A DNA stretch of 32,337 nt from Spirogloea muscicola (GCA_009602725.1 WELB01000017.1:562599-594935); one strand, 5' to 3'. Shown: positions 1-11,853, counted from the stretch's first letter. Translations and numbers: made by a program. The notes: generated from the sequence alone by a model not told the origin.

Positions 1-1503
1 TGGCAAGCCAAGACGGCGGCGCATAGCATCGCAAAACAAAGCATTCTCCATCCGCAAGCCCGCATGCAAAGGCAAAGCGCGGAGCCACTCAGACGCTCCC
101 AGAGACGAAACAGATAGGAGCCGAGCCTGGCCTCGAGCATCTCCTTGGAGGAGACTCCGGAGATGCTCCAGTGGTTGCTCGTCTGCAGCACGGGTAAACC
201 GCGATTGAGCCTTGACATCAGAAACGTCAGCCCAGGCAGCAAAACTAACAGGCTCATTTACCAGAGGCGGGTATGCGGCAAAGAGGTCCTGTTGGCATGC
301 TTTGAGAGTCACTTGGAAAGGCAGACTCCCCTGAACCACGGTACTGATGTGAGGCGCCAACACACGTTGTTGCCCAAGGAGGAATCGTCCAGATATGGAC
401 GAAGCCACCTGGGCCCAGCAGCCAAGGTACGCTGGTCTGCACAAGCGGACCAAGGGGCGACAACCAAGCCCACCGAGACGGATGGGCAGCGTACATTGCA
501 CCAGTGCTGCTGGGGACTGCTCTAGAAGTGGGTGAGCAATCATGTCAGCTAGGCATCGTTGGAGCCTGACATCTATGGATGCATAGACCTCATCCATGGT
601 AACCGAAGGTGGGACCGTTCTTAAGAGGTAACACGGCCGCTGTGCCACACTCCTGGTCAAAATGGCCACTGCCAACTGAGAGTCCCCGAGGGTGGGGAGC
701 TCTGGCAGGACCTGCATATATCCTTGGAGACGAGCAAGGACAGCACCCTCCGAGAAAGACGGGTCCCCTACAGGCACTCCCAAGATCTTCAAACCGCCCT
801 CTGGTGTCTGACAAGATGTAGGCAACGAGGGAAGGAGGGAAAGAGGGATGCCATTGGGGGACCAGGCAGAGCACTTGGCAGTACTTATCCCAAGCCCGAT
901 GAGCCGGAGCTGGTGCTGAAGCGTGCCAAAAGCTCGCAGCACCTCCTCTGGGGGGCCGAGGAGCGTAGTATCATCCGCGTAACTCGGGAGGAGAACGCCA
1001 GGGTGAGCGCTCGCCGTGTTGCGCAAAGCACGGTGATGCGCCAGAGCAAAGAGAAAACCACCCATGGGATCACCTTGACGTGTCCCCGTCTTTGACTGCA
1101 AAACAGCCAAAGAAGTCCCTGCCCCCCACAACAATGCAGATGGCGAGCCATACATGCAGCGGAAGTGAGGGAGGAGGGTGGGAAAGTACTGCCTTAGCTC
1201 CTCGGCGATAACCTGCCGATCCACGGAGTTGAAGGCGTTCTGTACGTCCACGCTCAGGGCCAGCCAATGGGGGTTTACATCCAGTGCCGCTCGTACCCCG
1301 TGCACCAGGGTCTCAGCGCCAGCACGCATCCCAGCCCCAAACTGGTGGGGATGGAAGTGCGCCTGGGCATCGTCCTGGATCTGCATGATTAGGGTGCGCC
1401 CCACAAGGCGCGCCAGAACCTCCCCCATCGAGATAGGACGCACTCCGCCGTTGTCCTTCTGCAAAGCAATGAGATTGGGGAGGGCGTCCGCCGGCCGACC
1501 CGG
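1..1503 (-). mobile_element. CRE-clade-like non-LTR retrotransposon, reverse transcriptase region (5'-truncated; continues beyond window start)
   Basis: Hand translation of the minus strand gives a stop-free frame from 1503 to 1: LIALQKDNGGVRPISMGEVLARL...HQFGAG...SVDVQNAFNSVDR...GTRQGDPMGGFLFALA...SYADD (YADD at 970-981)...LKILGVPVG...TLPIRLGGLG...ASEWLRALP...DAMRRRLGLP. These are non-LTR RT motifs of the RLE-encoding CRE type. The ORF track misses it because no stop codon lies within the window. Confidence 0.93.
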
Positions 1504-1861
1504 TCAAGCGGACCCCCTTGCGAGGCGGGATAACCCGTCACGACCCTTCTTCCCTGGTTACTCGCAACCACCTCAAAAGCGCCACCGCCTGCCGCGCCCC
1601 GCCGCCGCCGCCGCTGGCCGCGCCACTGCCGCGGCTCGGCGCGAGAGCGCCGGGGCGGCGCGCTCTCGCTGGTAAACGAAGCCCCGGAATGCTGCCTTCA
1701 CCGGCGCCGCGCCGGCGGCGAATCGCGCCAGCGCTGCGCTCGCCAGCCAGAGCTGCCTGCGCCTGGCATGAGGTGCCAGAAGAGCTTGCCAACGGAATGA
1801 GCAACCGGAATGGTGCACGCGGTGTCGCCTACACGGCGGTGGTATCATAGGCAAACCTACG

Positions 1862-4800
1862 ATGAAGAGCACCGGGTCAAACCGAGAGCACCGGCGACGC
1901 CTCTCGAGGGGGCAACTTGTGGTGATCACTCTCCTGGTCATCCTCGCGCCCCTCAACCTTTACCTCCTACTCAACGGAAACAGGTGCAAGCCGGCTATAA
2001 GCTTCTCTCGGGCAGCATCTTTGCATTCCTGTGCACGTCAGCGAGCTTGCATTGCTGCTTTGAATGTATACCTCAGAAGCAATGCAAAGTGTAAAAGCAC
2101 GTCCAATTGCAAGTGGTCGAGCAGGCTGCTTTGTGCCAGAGGCCGCGAAGCCTTATGACAAACTTGCCCTCATTGCAGGCAGAGCGCTTTGAGGTCGCAC
2201 TTACGGGACGAGCTCGATGAAGTCCTAGCCAAGAAGGAGGTTCGTGCCTGTGGAATACTTGATTGCCCCCCGTAGTGACTCCGACGTAGATCTGGGCCCC
2301 CCCCTCCATGCAAGCTCCTGCAAGTAAAGCATGTTGACGACTATCTCACAATGTTACAGGCGCTGCCAGTCAGAAGGCCGTTGTGAGGCTTGCGGGGGCG
2401 CGCATGTTTCTTCTTGAAGTGACTTGGTCTGCTCATGCTAACAGAAAGCAGATGCATTCTCCTCCAAGGAGATCTCCAGGCTGGACGAAGAGCTGAAGAG
2501 TACAAAGACTAGGTGAAGCTTCCCAAAGCCTACGCGATATTCAGTACTTGGCCAAAATAATCAATATGGTCTGGACAAGTGAGTTCTGGAAGCGGCAGCA
2601 GGCACAGATTCGTGCTTGGGTGTAAGGTCGCTTATACACTTTGCACCGTAGCTTGTGTAGACACCGGTGTCACACGAGCTGGTCAAGTGTTCTGACATAG
2701 TTGCATCTGTGCGTGCTTGGCTTGTAGTCTGGATGTTGTAGCGAATTCTGCACACACTTACCAGAGAGCAGCGGAGAATGCCAAGGTTGCCCTGAAGACT
2801 GCAGAGGTCGAAGCAGAACAATTGAGGCATGAAGTGTCTTCGTTGAAGAACCAGTCGTTAGGGCTACGCAGACCGTCTGGTATGTCCCACGAAAGGAACA
2901 ATGCAGATACTTGAGTTCCTTATGTATTGGCTTCTGATGGCTCTCAGGCAGGAAAGTGTGGAAGAATTATCACCTACTAACTGGTAGATGGTTGCAATCC
3001 TCACAGATCAGGTAGTACAGCAGCTTTTGGCACTCTGGGAAGCGAGTACATTTTTGGACTTACGAGCTAAGGACGACCAGGCTCTGCCAAGAAGAGCAGG
3101 TGGAGGCCACTGCCCCTGCCTGTCGTCAAAGCACCTGAGTTCACGTTGGACTTTCAATGTAGAAGCATTGGTTATTTAAGTGACTGTTGCTCGGTCTACT
3201 GCAGCAGCTTGATTGTAGCTTGGACAATCTGCAAATTCTTTCATATCATAGATGTCAGAGGATTCGGCCAGAAGTTCAGCTTTATGATGAGGCCACAGAA
3301 TACGACCCGAATAAGAGGTGCTCTAACTGGTCTATGCTGGTCTAGCTCCTCACCACTCTCTCTGGGCTGCAGATGGCTTGCCAGTTTTCGTTCCCCGGCC
3401 GCACCACCTGCAGGATTGTAAGAGAATGAAGGAGATGCAGGATGCACAGGACTTTCGGCAACAGTCAAGAAGTCGCCCAATTTGGTCCGTCTGGGGTGGG
3501 CAGGTATGATCTGAGGTTGGTGTGATGCTCACAGCCGTTGCCTTTGTTTGCTTGTGTCGCAGTTGTCCACTGCTGTCCATGATGCATACAGACATAGAAT
3601 CTGTTTCTACTGACCTTGTAGTAAGCTTTCTTTCATGCAACCTTGGCGCGACACATGTTGATGAGTGCGTTGGACAAGGTGGATCTCGTCTAGGAGCTCC
3701 ACCCTTCCCCACCTTTCTTTAAGTATGGCCTTGTGGTGACTCCTATTGTTCAGCTTGGCTTTGCCATGGGGAAAACTGCACTTGGTCCAGACGATTGGGT
3801 GGAAGCGTCTGAAGACGTCCTTGGGGATAAAGACCGCACGATCTTGGGACCTTATCCACCCTGGGTAAGCTCATCTTCCTCTGATACCCTTCGCTTGGTT
3901 GATAGGCTTGCTTTGTTGCACTATCAGCCAGTAGGTGTCATGTCTTTGCTTCATGTTGAAAACATTTTGACCCTCATGTACTAGGCACGTTGCGCACGAC
4001 CATGACTAGGTTGACCCTATTAAGGCAGTCAATGGCATGGCATGACTAGACTGCTGATTGCTTGCGTCCCACTTCCGGGTTGGCTGTTGACGGCCAATTT
4101 GACAAGAGTCTACCGGGTCTCCTGTCATAGTGAGCGCACAATAGGATACTCACCATGTTTCCTGAGGTAGGGGTATTTCAGGTGAAAGGCAGGGACGAGG
4201 ATAATCTGGTATTCACAAGGAGAGCACAGAGAGACCTCTGGTTAATCCAGCACCCTCCAGATTGTTACGATCCTAAAGTAAAATTACTAATTTACCCCAT
4301 AACACGTGGTAATAGTGACGACATGGGCAACGGGGCTACTGTGAACATGCTCTCAGGAGCCTGGTACTATGCTATGCAACAGCAGCGCGTGTTTGTGATA
4401 CAAGACAATGAGAAGGCCAATCATACTGGCTGCACAGGTTCGCCTGGTTACTCTCGACCTGCAACAGCAGCTGTGAGGCAACTTGCCCTGCTTGACTGGT
4501 ACCATTAGACACATGTCACACAAGACTTCCTTGGACAACTTGGAGAATTGTTTTTATAGACATCTTGCAAGCATTGACAAGTTATCAACACTACATTCAT
4601 TGGCCTGCAATACCAGGCAAAGATAAGTTGCGGTGGAGCTGCTACTTCGCACCTGAGACATCCCCGGAGTGTCAGGCCAGAGTGGACGCACTGCCGCAGG
4701 ACCTATTTGCGGACACTAACTACCAGAACATTGAGTACAACGAGACTTTCTTCATTCTGAAAGACAAAGGGTCAATCTGGAGACCAGGCATGCCATAGTG

Positions 4801-6517
4801 AGTGCTGTTTATCTTCTCCTCTACCTTGCCCTTCAACTTTTCATGAGTAGATGCTCTGGCCTCCTGTTGTCACTACTCCTGTTTCTGCTTAGTAGTCACT
4901 GTTATGTAGCACTGGTGCACACATGCCATGAGCAAGGCGTGATGGTGAACACTGATGCTCACAATCACGAAACAGCACTTGGGGAGAACCCTACCGTGAC
5001 CTTCACCCCACAGTGGAGATGTTTGGCAAGATGGTACACGAGACCAATGTTGACTGGCACCGGTGGTGGTTTGCCCAGGTCTCTCCCTACCTTCACAAGA
5101 TTTGGTTCTGCCCAATTCCAATGCTTGCTTGGTATAAGCATGTGACATACAGACAGACTTGGCAAGCTGTCACTTTCATTAAGTTATGCCTGCACTCTCA
5201 AGTTGCAACATTTACATATATGAGTCAGAGTTCCATGCAGAAATAAATGACCTGCAACTACTTTCAGGTGCAACCTGAGCACATTGAAAGGCTGTCTTTG
5301 TCTTTCACTGCAGGTTACACGATACCTCACTCGGTATCCATCTGAAAGACTCTGCTTGCTCCTCAATCGAGCACGACATGCTGCTTTTGGCACAGAGGCT
5401 GCTCTGGATGCTGCAGCAGTACTTCCAGCTGGATGGCCGGAGGTTGTGCTCTCTAATTTGTCATGACCAAGCTGGACGTGCGTTCACCTGCTGCTGTGTC
5501 ACTGCCACGATGCCATAAGCCACAAGACTTCTGTCACACAAGATTGTTACCTTGGCTTTACATCAGCTGCACAGTCACAGCCTGGACCATAGTGTTCACA
5601 TGCATAGACTTTACCCATTCATCTGAGAGTTTCAACCACTACGATGTGTGTGTGATGTGAGGAGATGTGAGAATGCTATGCTCCATCGAGGCGCATTCGA
5701 AGTTGCCCCTGTGGGTGCACTAAAAGTGTTCAAACTTTGCCTGACATGGGCACATCAAGATCACTGGCACAGCATAGATTCTTGCTTGCAACTAGTGTGT
5801 GATGGTTTCAAATGTCTCTGGTGGATGTGCAGGTTGATGCTCCAGTTGTGGGGGAGGCGGAGGAGGTTGTCTGGCGCCTCGCAGACCCTTGGATGCCCCC
5901 CATCATTAGTGTGCATGTGAGACAAGGGGATAAATCTCAGGAGATGAGGATTGCGGAATTTGACGAGTACATGGTGCTGGCCAATCGCATTCGTCGCAGA
6001 TATCCACATGTCAAGAGTATCTGGCTTTCCACCGAGATGGAGGTCTAGTCTCCAACTCCTGCGTGCAGACATGAAATGTGCTACCATGCATACCTTTTGA
6101 GTGCCTGCTCCATTCCTTAGCAGTTATCTGCGCTCCAGACATATTGTTGAAACCTTGCAAGCAACACCGCACAAGCTGAGCTCTGACCAAAACTTGCATG
6201 ATGCGCATTGTTGGAACGTGCATCAAATGCAGACTGTGGTCGATGAAGCGCTTAAGCAAGCGGACTGGAAGGTCTACTTCACAAACACCTCTAGGCAGGC
6301 TCACGATGGTGAAAGTATCACCCAACACGAGCACCACATCATTGGGAGGCAGGCCAGCCAGGAGAATGCTTGGGTGAACTTGCTGCTAGCGGCGGATTGC
6401 AACTACTTTGTGGGCGCCCTGGGCTCCACATGGTCGGTCATGATTGACAACCTTCGCGTCACAAGCGGCAAGCAGATGTCTGCCTTCCTCACCGTCAATG
6501 GTGATCGATTCTGGTAG
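1862..6517 (+). CDS. Plant-type alpha-1,6-fucosyltransferase-like (GT23-like) protein, paralog A; predicted type II membrane protein, multi-exon
   Basis: ATG 1862 is followed by a hydrophobic segment (LVVITLLVILAPLNLYLLL) and a coiled-coil-like exon (~2728-2879). Well-supported GT-AG exons 3754-3864, 4182-4437, 4617-4797, 4976-5078, 5314-5442, 5833-6042 and 6233-6517 join in frame: GPYPPW|VKGRDEDNLVFTRRAQRDLWLIQHPPDC...WWFAQ|VTRYLTRYP...SVHVRQGDK...WLSTEME|...FVGALGSTW...NGDRFW*. Exon boundaries between 1984 and 3503 are less certain. Confidence 0.88.
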
Positions 6518-7288
6518 CATGCAAGTCTGACTTGGGATGCCTGTAATATTCCCCTTCACTCGTGCTTAATCTGGTGACATGCAGCCACTTTCGCAACATA
6601 GTATAGGTACCACATGGTCTGAGATCATAGAAAGTAGGCATAATAACTGTAGCGGGAGTGATTTTGTTGCAGCTTTGACATAGGTGTAGCTGCTGCGATT
6701 ATGCTCTCACCAGCCAGGAGTTGGCTTGATGAGAGCCCTGCCCTTGGTTGTGCTGGTTGTGCACAGATGATTATGGCATGCATAATTAAGCATGCGTAGT
6801 GCCCACTCCTTATTATTCTCATCAATTGCAGCGACCTTAAAGGAATATCTGTGGTACCACAGGGTCCCTCTTGGAGGTTATGTGCAGCAGGATAGGATTC
6901 TGCAGTTGTATGTATTGTGGAAAAGCTGCTTATCATTGCACTTATAACGAACTTGCACATCAAATGGATCAATCTACCCTGGAGGCGAAGGCAATCCGGC
7001 TCACATGCAGTTCTGCCCACCATCTCAGTGGCGGCACAGCATGCCAACCACCACAGTCTTCAGCAGAGCCATCAAACAAGAGGCAACATTGTGCAGCTGA
7101 CAAACATTGAGGTGAAGCTTGCATGTTAAATGATTGTGCCCTTGTTCCACCTGCCCATGTGGCACTGGTGTGAGTGTACAAGCTGACATCAAGCTGATCG
7201 CCAAATTAGAAAGTCCTCTGCAATGCGCGAGCCGTCTTTCAACAACATTAAGTGCAAGGTGTGCTTTGCAGGGGCGCAATGAGCGCAG

Positions 7289-10219
7289 CTACTTGCCCTC
7301 AAAGTAGTCCAACGTGAGAAAGCCCCTATTGAGTTTGCCACCGGTTAGCCGCAGCTCATTGATGAGGCGGTTCCAATTAGAGGCAAGCGTCCCTATAAAG
7401 AAGCAGCACTCGGAGGCAATGACAAGGTTGACGAAAGCGTTGCCAACTGCGTCGGCGAGGCCGACAGACTGCTCGTAGTCCTGGACGGACATGGAGAGAT
7501 GTGTCAGCCTGGGAAACTCTGTTGCGAAGACGGTCCAGCCTTTCACCGCCTTCGCAGCATCGACCACACTCTGCATAGGACAAGATACCACGGTTCCAGG
7601 TCAACAGCTCTCTTTGTGAGAGCAAGAGCAGAATAACAGAAAATCTCTCATACAGATTGGTTAAATTCCTGTAAACATTCATTCAATGTGTCCTTCTACA
7701 CCCTGCTGCTAAGTACTTCGAACTGGCAAGTTTGTGCAGGACCACAGGGTCATACTGTCCTCATATGCAACATGTTGCTCTTCCGCCTCGTTCAGAACAT
7801 AAAGGCAACACCATCCTACACAGTACTCAGTACCATGTGCCACTTGTGAGGCATCTGCAGACATTAATGAGATAGACATGAGCTAACACTCAGGTTGTGC
7901 ACCTGCATCTCTGTGCCGAGCCAGGCGTGTGAGATCCCTGGGTCATGAAGCCGCAGCCGCTCGGCAAGCTGCAGGTGCGCGTCCAGCGAGAAGAGCTCCG
8001 CCTCCTGTCACTTGTCGCCCTGCCGCACGTAGATCGACACTATGGGCCGCGGCATGTATGCGCCAGCGTCCAGCCACGCGGTGGTCTCCAGTCCATGCTG
8101 GACTGCGCCGGCAAGGTCGAGGCTGACCGACAGCGCAAATTTGGAAGCTGGGTCTTCTGTCTCCAGTCTTGTAAAGGCGTCCCGCCGCTCCACAACCGCT
8201 TCGCGCTTGCTCGTTCGACGAGGAGGGCACATGGAGTGGCTGAGCTGGCGTGCCACGGAGCGGCCGAAAGCCTGGTGTCGTGCACGATTGCAGAGGCGGC
8301 ATAGATACCGCGACGGCCACCGCAGGAGGTAACGTACAGACTGCGCCCGCCACCAGCTGAGCCGACCGCCCACCTCCTCCGCTGTGTAGCTGTAAGCCTT
8401 TCCGAGCACTTCCACAGAGGCTGCCGCAGCAGCCAGGCCGGCGGTGCTCGCTCTGTTGTTTTCAATTTCAAGCCAGCGGTCAGCTGCATCCCACTCTGTC
8501 ATGTAGCGATCCAGCCCCATCCGTCCAACAAGGACAAAGCGGTCCTCCGAGTCAAGGTCGGCTGTGTCTGCAAGCAATGATGGCAGCTGCTGCATCGCGG
8601 CAGCCGTGCAGTCTGCCGAGGTGGCTGGCCAGAAGTAGCAGTCCAGGCTTGCCTGGTCGTCGCCCTCGCACTCGGCATGTCGGGCCCGCTCGAAGGTAGG
8701 CGTCAGCACGAGCACGCGGCCCGACTTCACCACGGCGCTCATGACGCCAGAAATCATGTGGATCTGCGAGCCTATGCCGTGGCCGTCCGCGCTCGGCCAG
8801 GCCACGAGCGCCATCTTGACGCTTGGTGCAAAGCAGTCGGCTGGGTGCTGCTGCACCCAGATGTCCCGCTGGACCTGGCGTGTCAACAGCAGGTTGTCAT
8901 CATCCCCTCCCACAATCTGCAATACAAGGCCAAGTGCATCGCCCTGATCAGTATTGCATTGGTAGTGAAGGGCTTCTCCATCTGTTATGTAGGACTGAGG
9001 ATTGACTTTTCTACTCTTCAAGGACTTAGCTTTTGATCCCAATTTCAGGCATCTGAGGTGGTAGACGATTGACAATCACATCAGATCTCCAATTGCTTAC
9101 TGCAGGCCCTACCTGCCTAGATACTAACATTACATTGCCCACATCTGTCCTTGAGCCAAGCACGCAAGGGCCAATCACTGCTGCTGCATATGCCTCACAA
9201 TTGAACCCTTGTCTTTCTCTCACCATGACAAGCGTTCATGTGTTTTGCAGGCTTCTTGCCGGCTCCCTAAGAATGCCTATTATTCAGCTTGAAGAGAGTG
9301 CAGCCTGAAATTTTTGGTTGAAAGCTAGGGGTCAGGTTGTGAGGATGGGCTCAGAGGAGTTCTAAGTCTGGACTTGAGCTCATAGCATGCTCAGGCTAAC
9401 CTCGAGCCAGCACTGCGGTCAAAATGGACTTCAGCTGTTAGTGTCGGGCTTAGTCTAGGGTCTGGAGATTTGGACTGGAGTCAGTACCACAATTGGGGCT
9501 CACCCAGGGAGGATGGGGCCCCAGCAGGCCGTCAAGGGCCCAGGCCGGAAGGCCTCCATTGCTGTCGCGCCTGTCCAGGCTCAGGCGGACGCTAGCGAGC
9601 CGCTCACAGTCCTGCCGCAAGAGGGAGCAGGAAAGCCACGAAGAGCGGTAGACTTGCAGTTACAAGTCATGAATGCTGCGCTGAGCTCTTTAACAATCTT
9701 AAGAAGGCTTCTTTGTCTTATCATCCAGACTGCTCAACCTCATATGCAGACTCCATAAACACGCGCAACTGCAGCAGCACCACTTTGCATTGGCAGCTGC
9801 AGCCACCACAGTCGCAGCCACAGCCACAGCCACGTGTGTGAGTGGTACGCAGCTTGCAGCTGATTGTTGCTGCCAGTCCTGCGTGAGCAAGACTAGACCA
9901 TGGACTCTGCCGCACGAGGATGTGGCTCGCAAGTTCTTCAGTGTACCTGCAGGTGAGGTGCTGGGGGAGCCCAGTCGAGCTGAAGTTCGCCGCCATTGCT
10001 CCAGCCCTTTTCGAGGATGCCATGGTCTCGGGACCACCGAAGGAAGAGCGCATCCGCCGTGGACTCGCACGAGTGCCCGGGAAACAGGGCGGCCCAGAAG
10101 CCCGGCGGCTTGGCTGACGGCGGGAGGGCACAACCTAGCAGCAAGGCGCTGGCCAGCAACGTCTGTGCCACTGCGGCGACGGCGAGTGCCGCTGCAAGCG
10201 GCGTGCGCAGCAGTCTCAT
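7289..10219 (-). CDS. Alpha-1,6-fucosyltransferase-like (GT23-like) protein, paralog B; carries one in-frame TGA (possible pseudogene or recoded stop)
   Basis: Exons 10219-9947, 9611-9504, 8916-7903 and 7570-7289 are all GT-AG and in frame: MRLLRTPLAAALAV...WAPPAPHLQ|DCERL...GPHPPW|IVGGDDDNLLLTRQVQRDIWVQQHPADC...WWRAQSVRYLLRWP...SIYVRQGDK*QEAELF...WLGTEMQ|SVVD...FIGTLASNW...GGK...YFEGK*. Colinear with paralog A. The TGA is at 8008-8010. Confidence 0.85.
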
Positions 10220-10787
10220 CAAAGTGCCTTGCGGCCAACTACACGCTGGGTCTGCTGCCAGACGGCACAGCCGTCAGATCGCCCACTGCAGCCGCGGAGG
10301 TATGGTCTCTGCTGTGCCATGAAATTTGTGTGTCCAAAGTGGAGCATAGTCGTACTAGACCTGCTTTGAGGGTACTCTGCCTGCCCATAGAAGTGGCCAA
10401 GCCTTTTTGAAATTAAGTCTGTCACAGTTTGGCAGTGTTTGTAGCCTGGAGCTCAATGTCGTCAAGTTGCGCCCTTGTGTCTTCAGCCCTTGCGTGGCTA
10501 CCACTACAACCGAGGAAGGGCGTCGATGCGTCTGCCAAAGACGTCAGCCTTGTCTCTCTACGCACATCGACTGACACCGCAACGTCGAAGCGGGACGAGG
10601 TGTATGCCTGGGACGCGGTCGGGCGACCTGGTAGCTTGACGTGCTGGTCCACGGGCATCCAGCTGGCCCTGGCAGCTGCTTATGGCCGTCTCATAAGGCT
10701 CGCCGTGTCGACAGTCCGGGGGCCATATTTGGGCTTCAACAAACAGCTCTTTCCAATACAAGGCAGTAGTGGCCTTCAACCCTCAAA

Positions 10788-11716
10788 AGCAGGGGTTACT
10801 GAGTAATTTGTAGCTGCTTTCTTTCTTTGTGTGCTTTGGTTTCTTAGCGCTTCCTCTGGCTTCCTCTGGCCCCCTTATCGTTCTTTGTTCATTCTTATTT
10901 GGGCTGGCTTGTCCAGCCCCTATCCTCAATGGGCGAGCCCTTTCAATCCTGGAAGTGGGTCCCCTGGACAGAGCCAGAGGCAGCAGCGAGGGCTCTCCCG
11001 GCACGAAGGTGCAGCGCACGGGCCATGGACCTCTGCAGCGAGACGGCCAAGCGCATGCGGTACACTTGCGCCAGCGACCCGGCTGCAGGAAAGTCTACCG
11101 GTTCACCACCGGTGCACAATGCATCGATTGAGCATGGCAAGCGCCAGCTGCATGTCCTGCAGCTCGGGGAGGCGGGCCACTGGCTGGAGGTGCTCCTGAA
11201 GGCGGACGCGCAGTTGCCCGTCGACGAACGCTGGCGTGCCGAACGGGACCCCAAGGATGGTGAGGCCGCTTGGGGGAGTTTGGCACCCAGGCGGCAGGGG
11301 CAAGGCGGCAGGGAGGACAAGGAGGGTAAATACGCAGACCACCCGGTAAGCGACGAGTTTGTTCCCCTTTGAGTCTGCAGCGCTCCCAAGCACTCGCGAT
11401 TCACCAGCGTGCTGGTCGTGCATTAGCCCAGGCTAATGGCTTCCGTGGAGGTGGTTCGGCTCCTTGATATAGCTTGTCAGATATGCATGTGCTTACTCGG
11501 GGATATTAGCGTCCCCCTTAGCCAGCTCATTACCCAGTTAACAGGACATTTGCTAGAATTGAAAGGGCTCGCCCATTGAGGATAGGGGCTGGACAAGCCA
11601 GCCCAAAAAGAATGAACAAAGAACGATAAGGGGGCCAGAGGCAGCCAGAGGAAGCGCTAAGAAACCAAAGCACACAAAGAAAGAAAGCAGCTACAAATTA
11701 CTCAGTAACCCCTGCT
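10788..11716. repeat. ~160-bp near-perfect inverted repeat (10788-10946 vs 11558-11716), with an adjacent ~108-bp direct repeat (10947-11054 vs 11745-11853)
   Basis: By eye the inverted arms differ by one substitution and one indel; I saw no differences in the direct repeat. Confidence 0.92.
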
Positions 11717-11853
11717 AAGCAGCCGCAAATCAGAGAGGCTAGGGTCCTGGAAGTGGGTCCCCTGGACAGAGCCAGAGGCAGCAGCGAGGGCTCTCCCGGC
11801 ACGAAGGTGCAGCGCACGGGCCATGGACCTCTGCAGCGAGACGGCCAAGCGCA
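10788..11853. mobile_element. Patchwork of CRE-like retrotransposon fragments (cluster 1)
   Basis: 3'UTR on plus (10788-10946); endonuclease C-terminus on minus (10947-11105, RMRLAVSLQRSMARALHLRAGR); RT thumb on minus (~11108-11310, LTILGVPFGTP...LAMLNRC); KEGKYADHP piece on plus (~11315-11372); second C-terminus plus 3'UTR on minus (11558-11853, ending LLSRGY*). Confidence 0.88.

Noticed and set aside
145..1675. Plus-strand and off-frame ORFs over the RT region
   Set aside because: Shadows of the minus-strand RT frame; no independent motifs.
6518..7288. SECIS element for the TGA in paralog B
   Set aside because: No convincing AUGA...AA...GA kink-turn hairpin found by eye; needs a dedicated search.
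9325..9835. Degenerate hexamer-like and (GCCACA)n tracts in paralog B introns
   Set aside because: Low-complexity intronic sequence, too degenerate to call telomeric or functional.
10422..10806. ORFs upstream of paralog B as an extra gene or exon
   Set aside because: No recognisable motif and no convincing splice donor linking them to paralog B.
10788..11716. MITE or fold-back DNA transposon with 160-bp terminal inverted repeats
   Set aside because: The arms are retrotransposon 3'UTR sequence, the right arm continues into the ORF, and no target-site duplication is visible.
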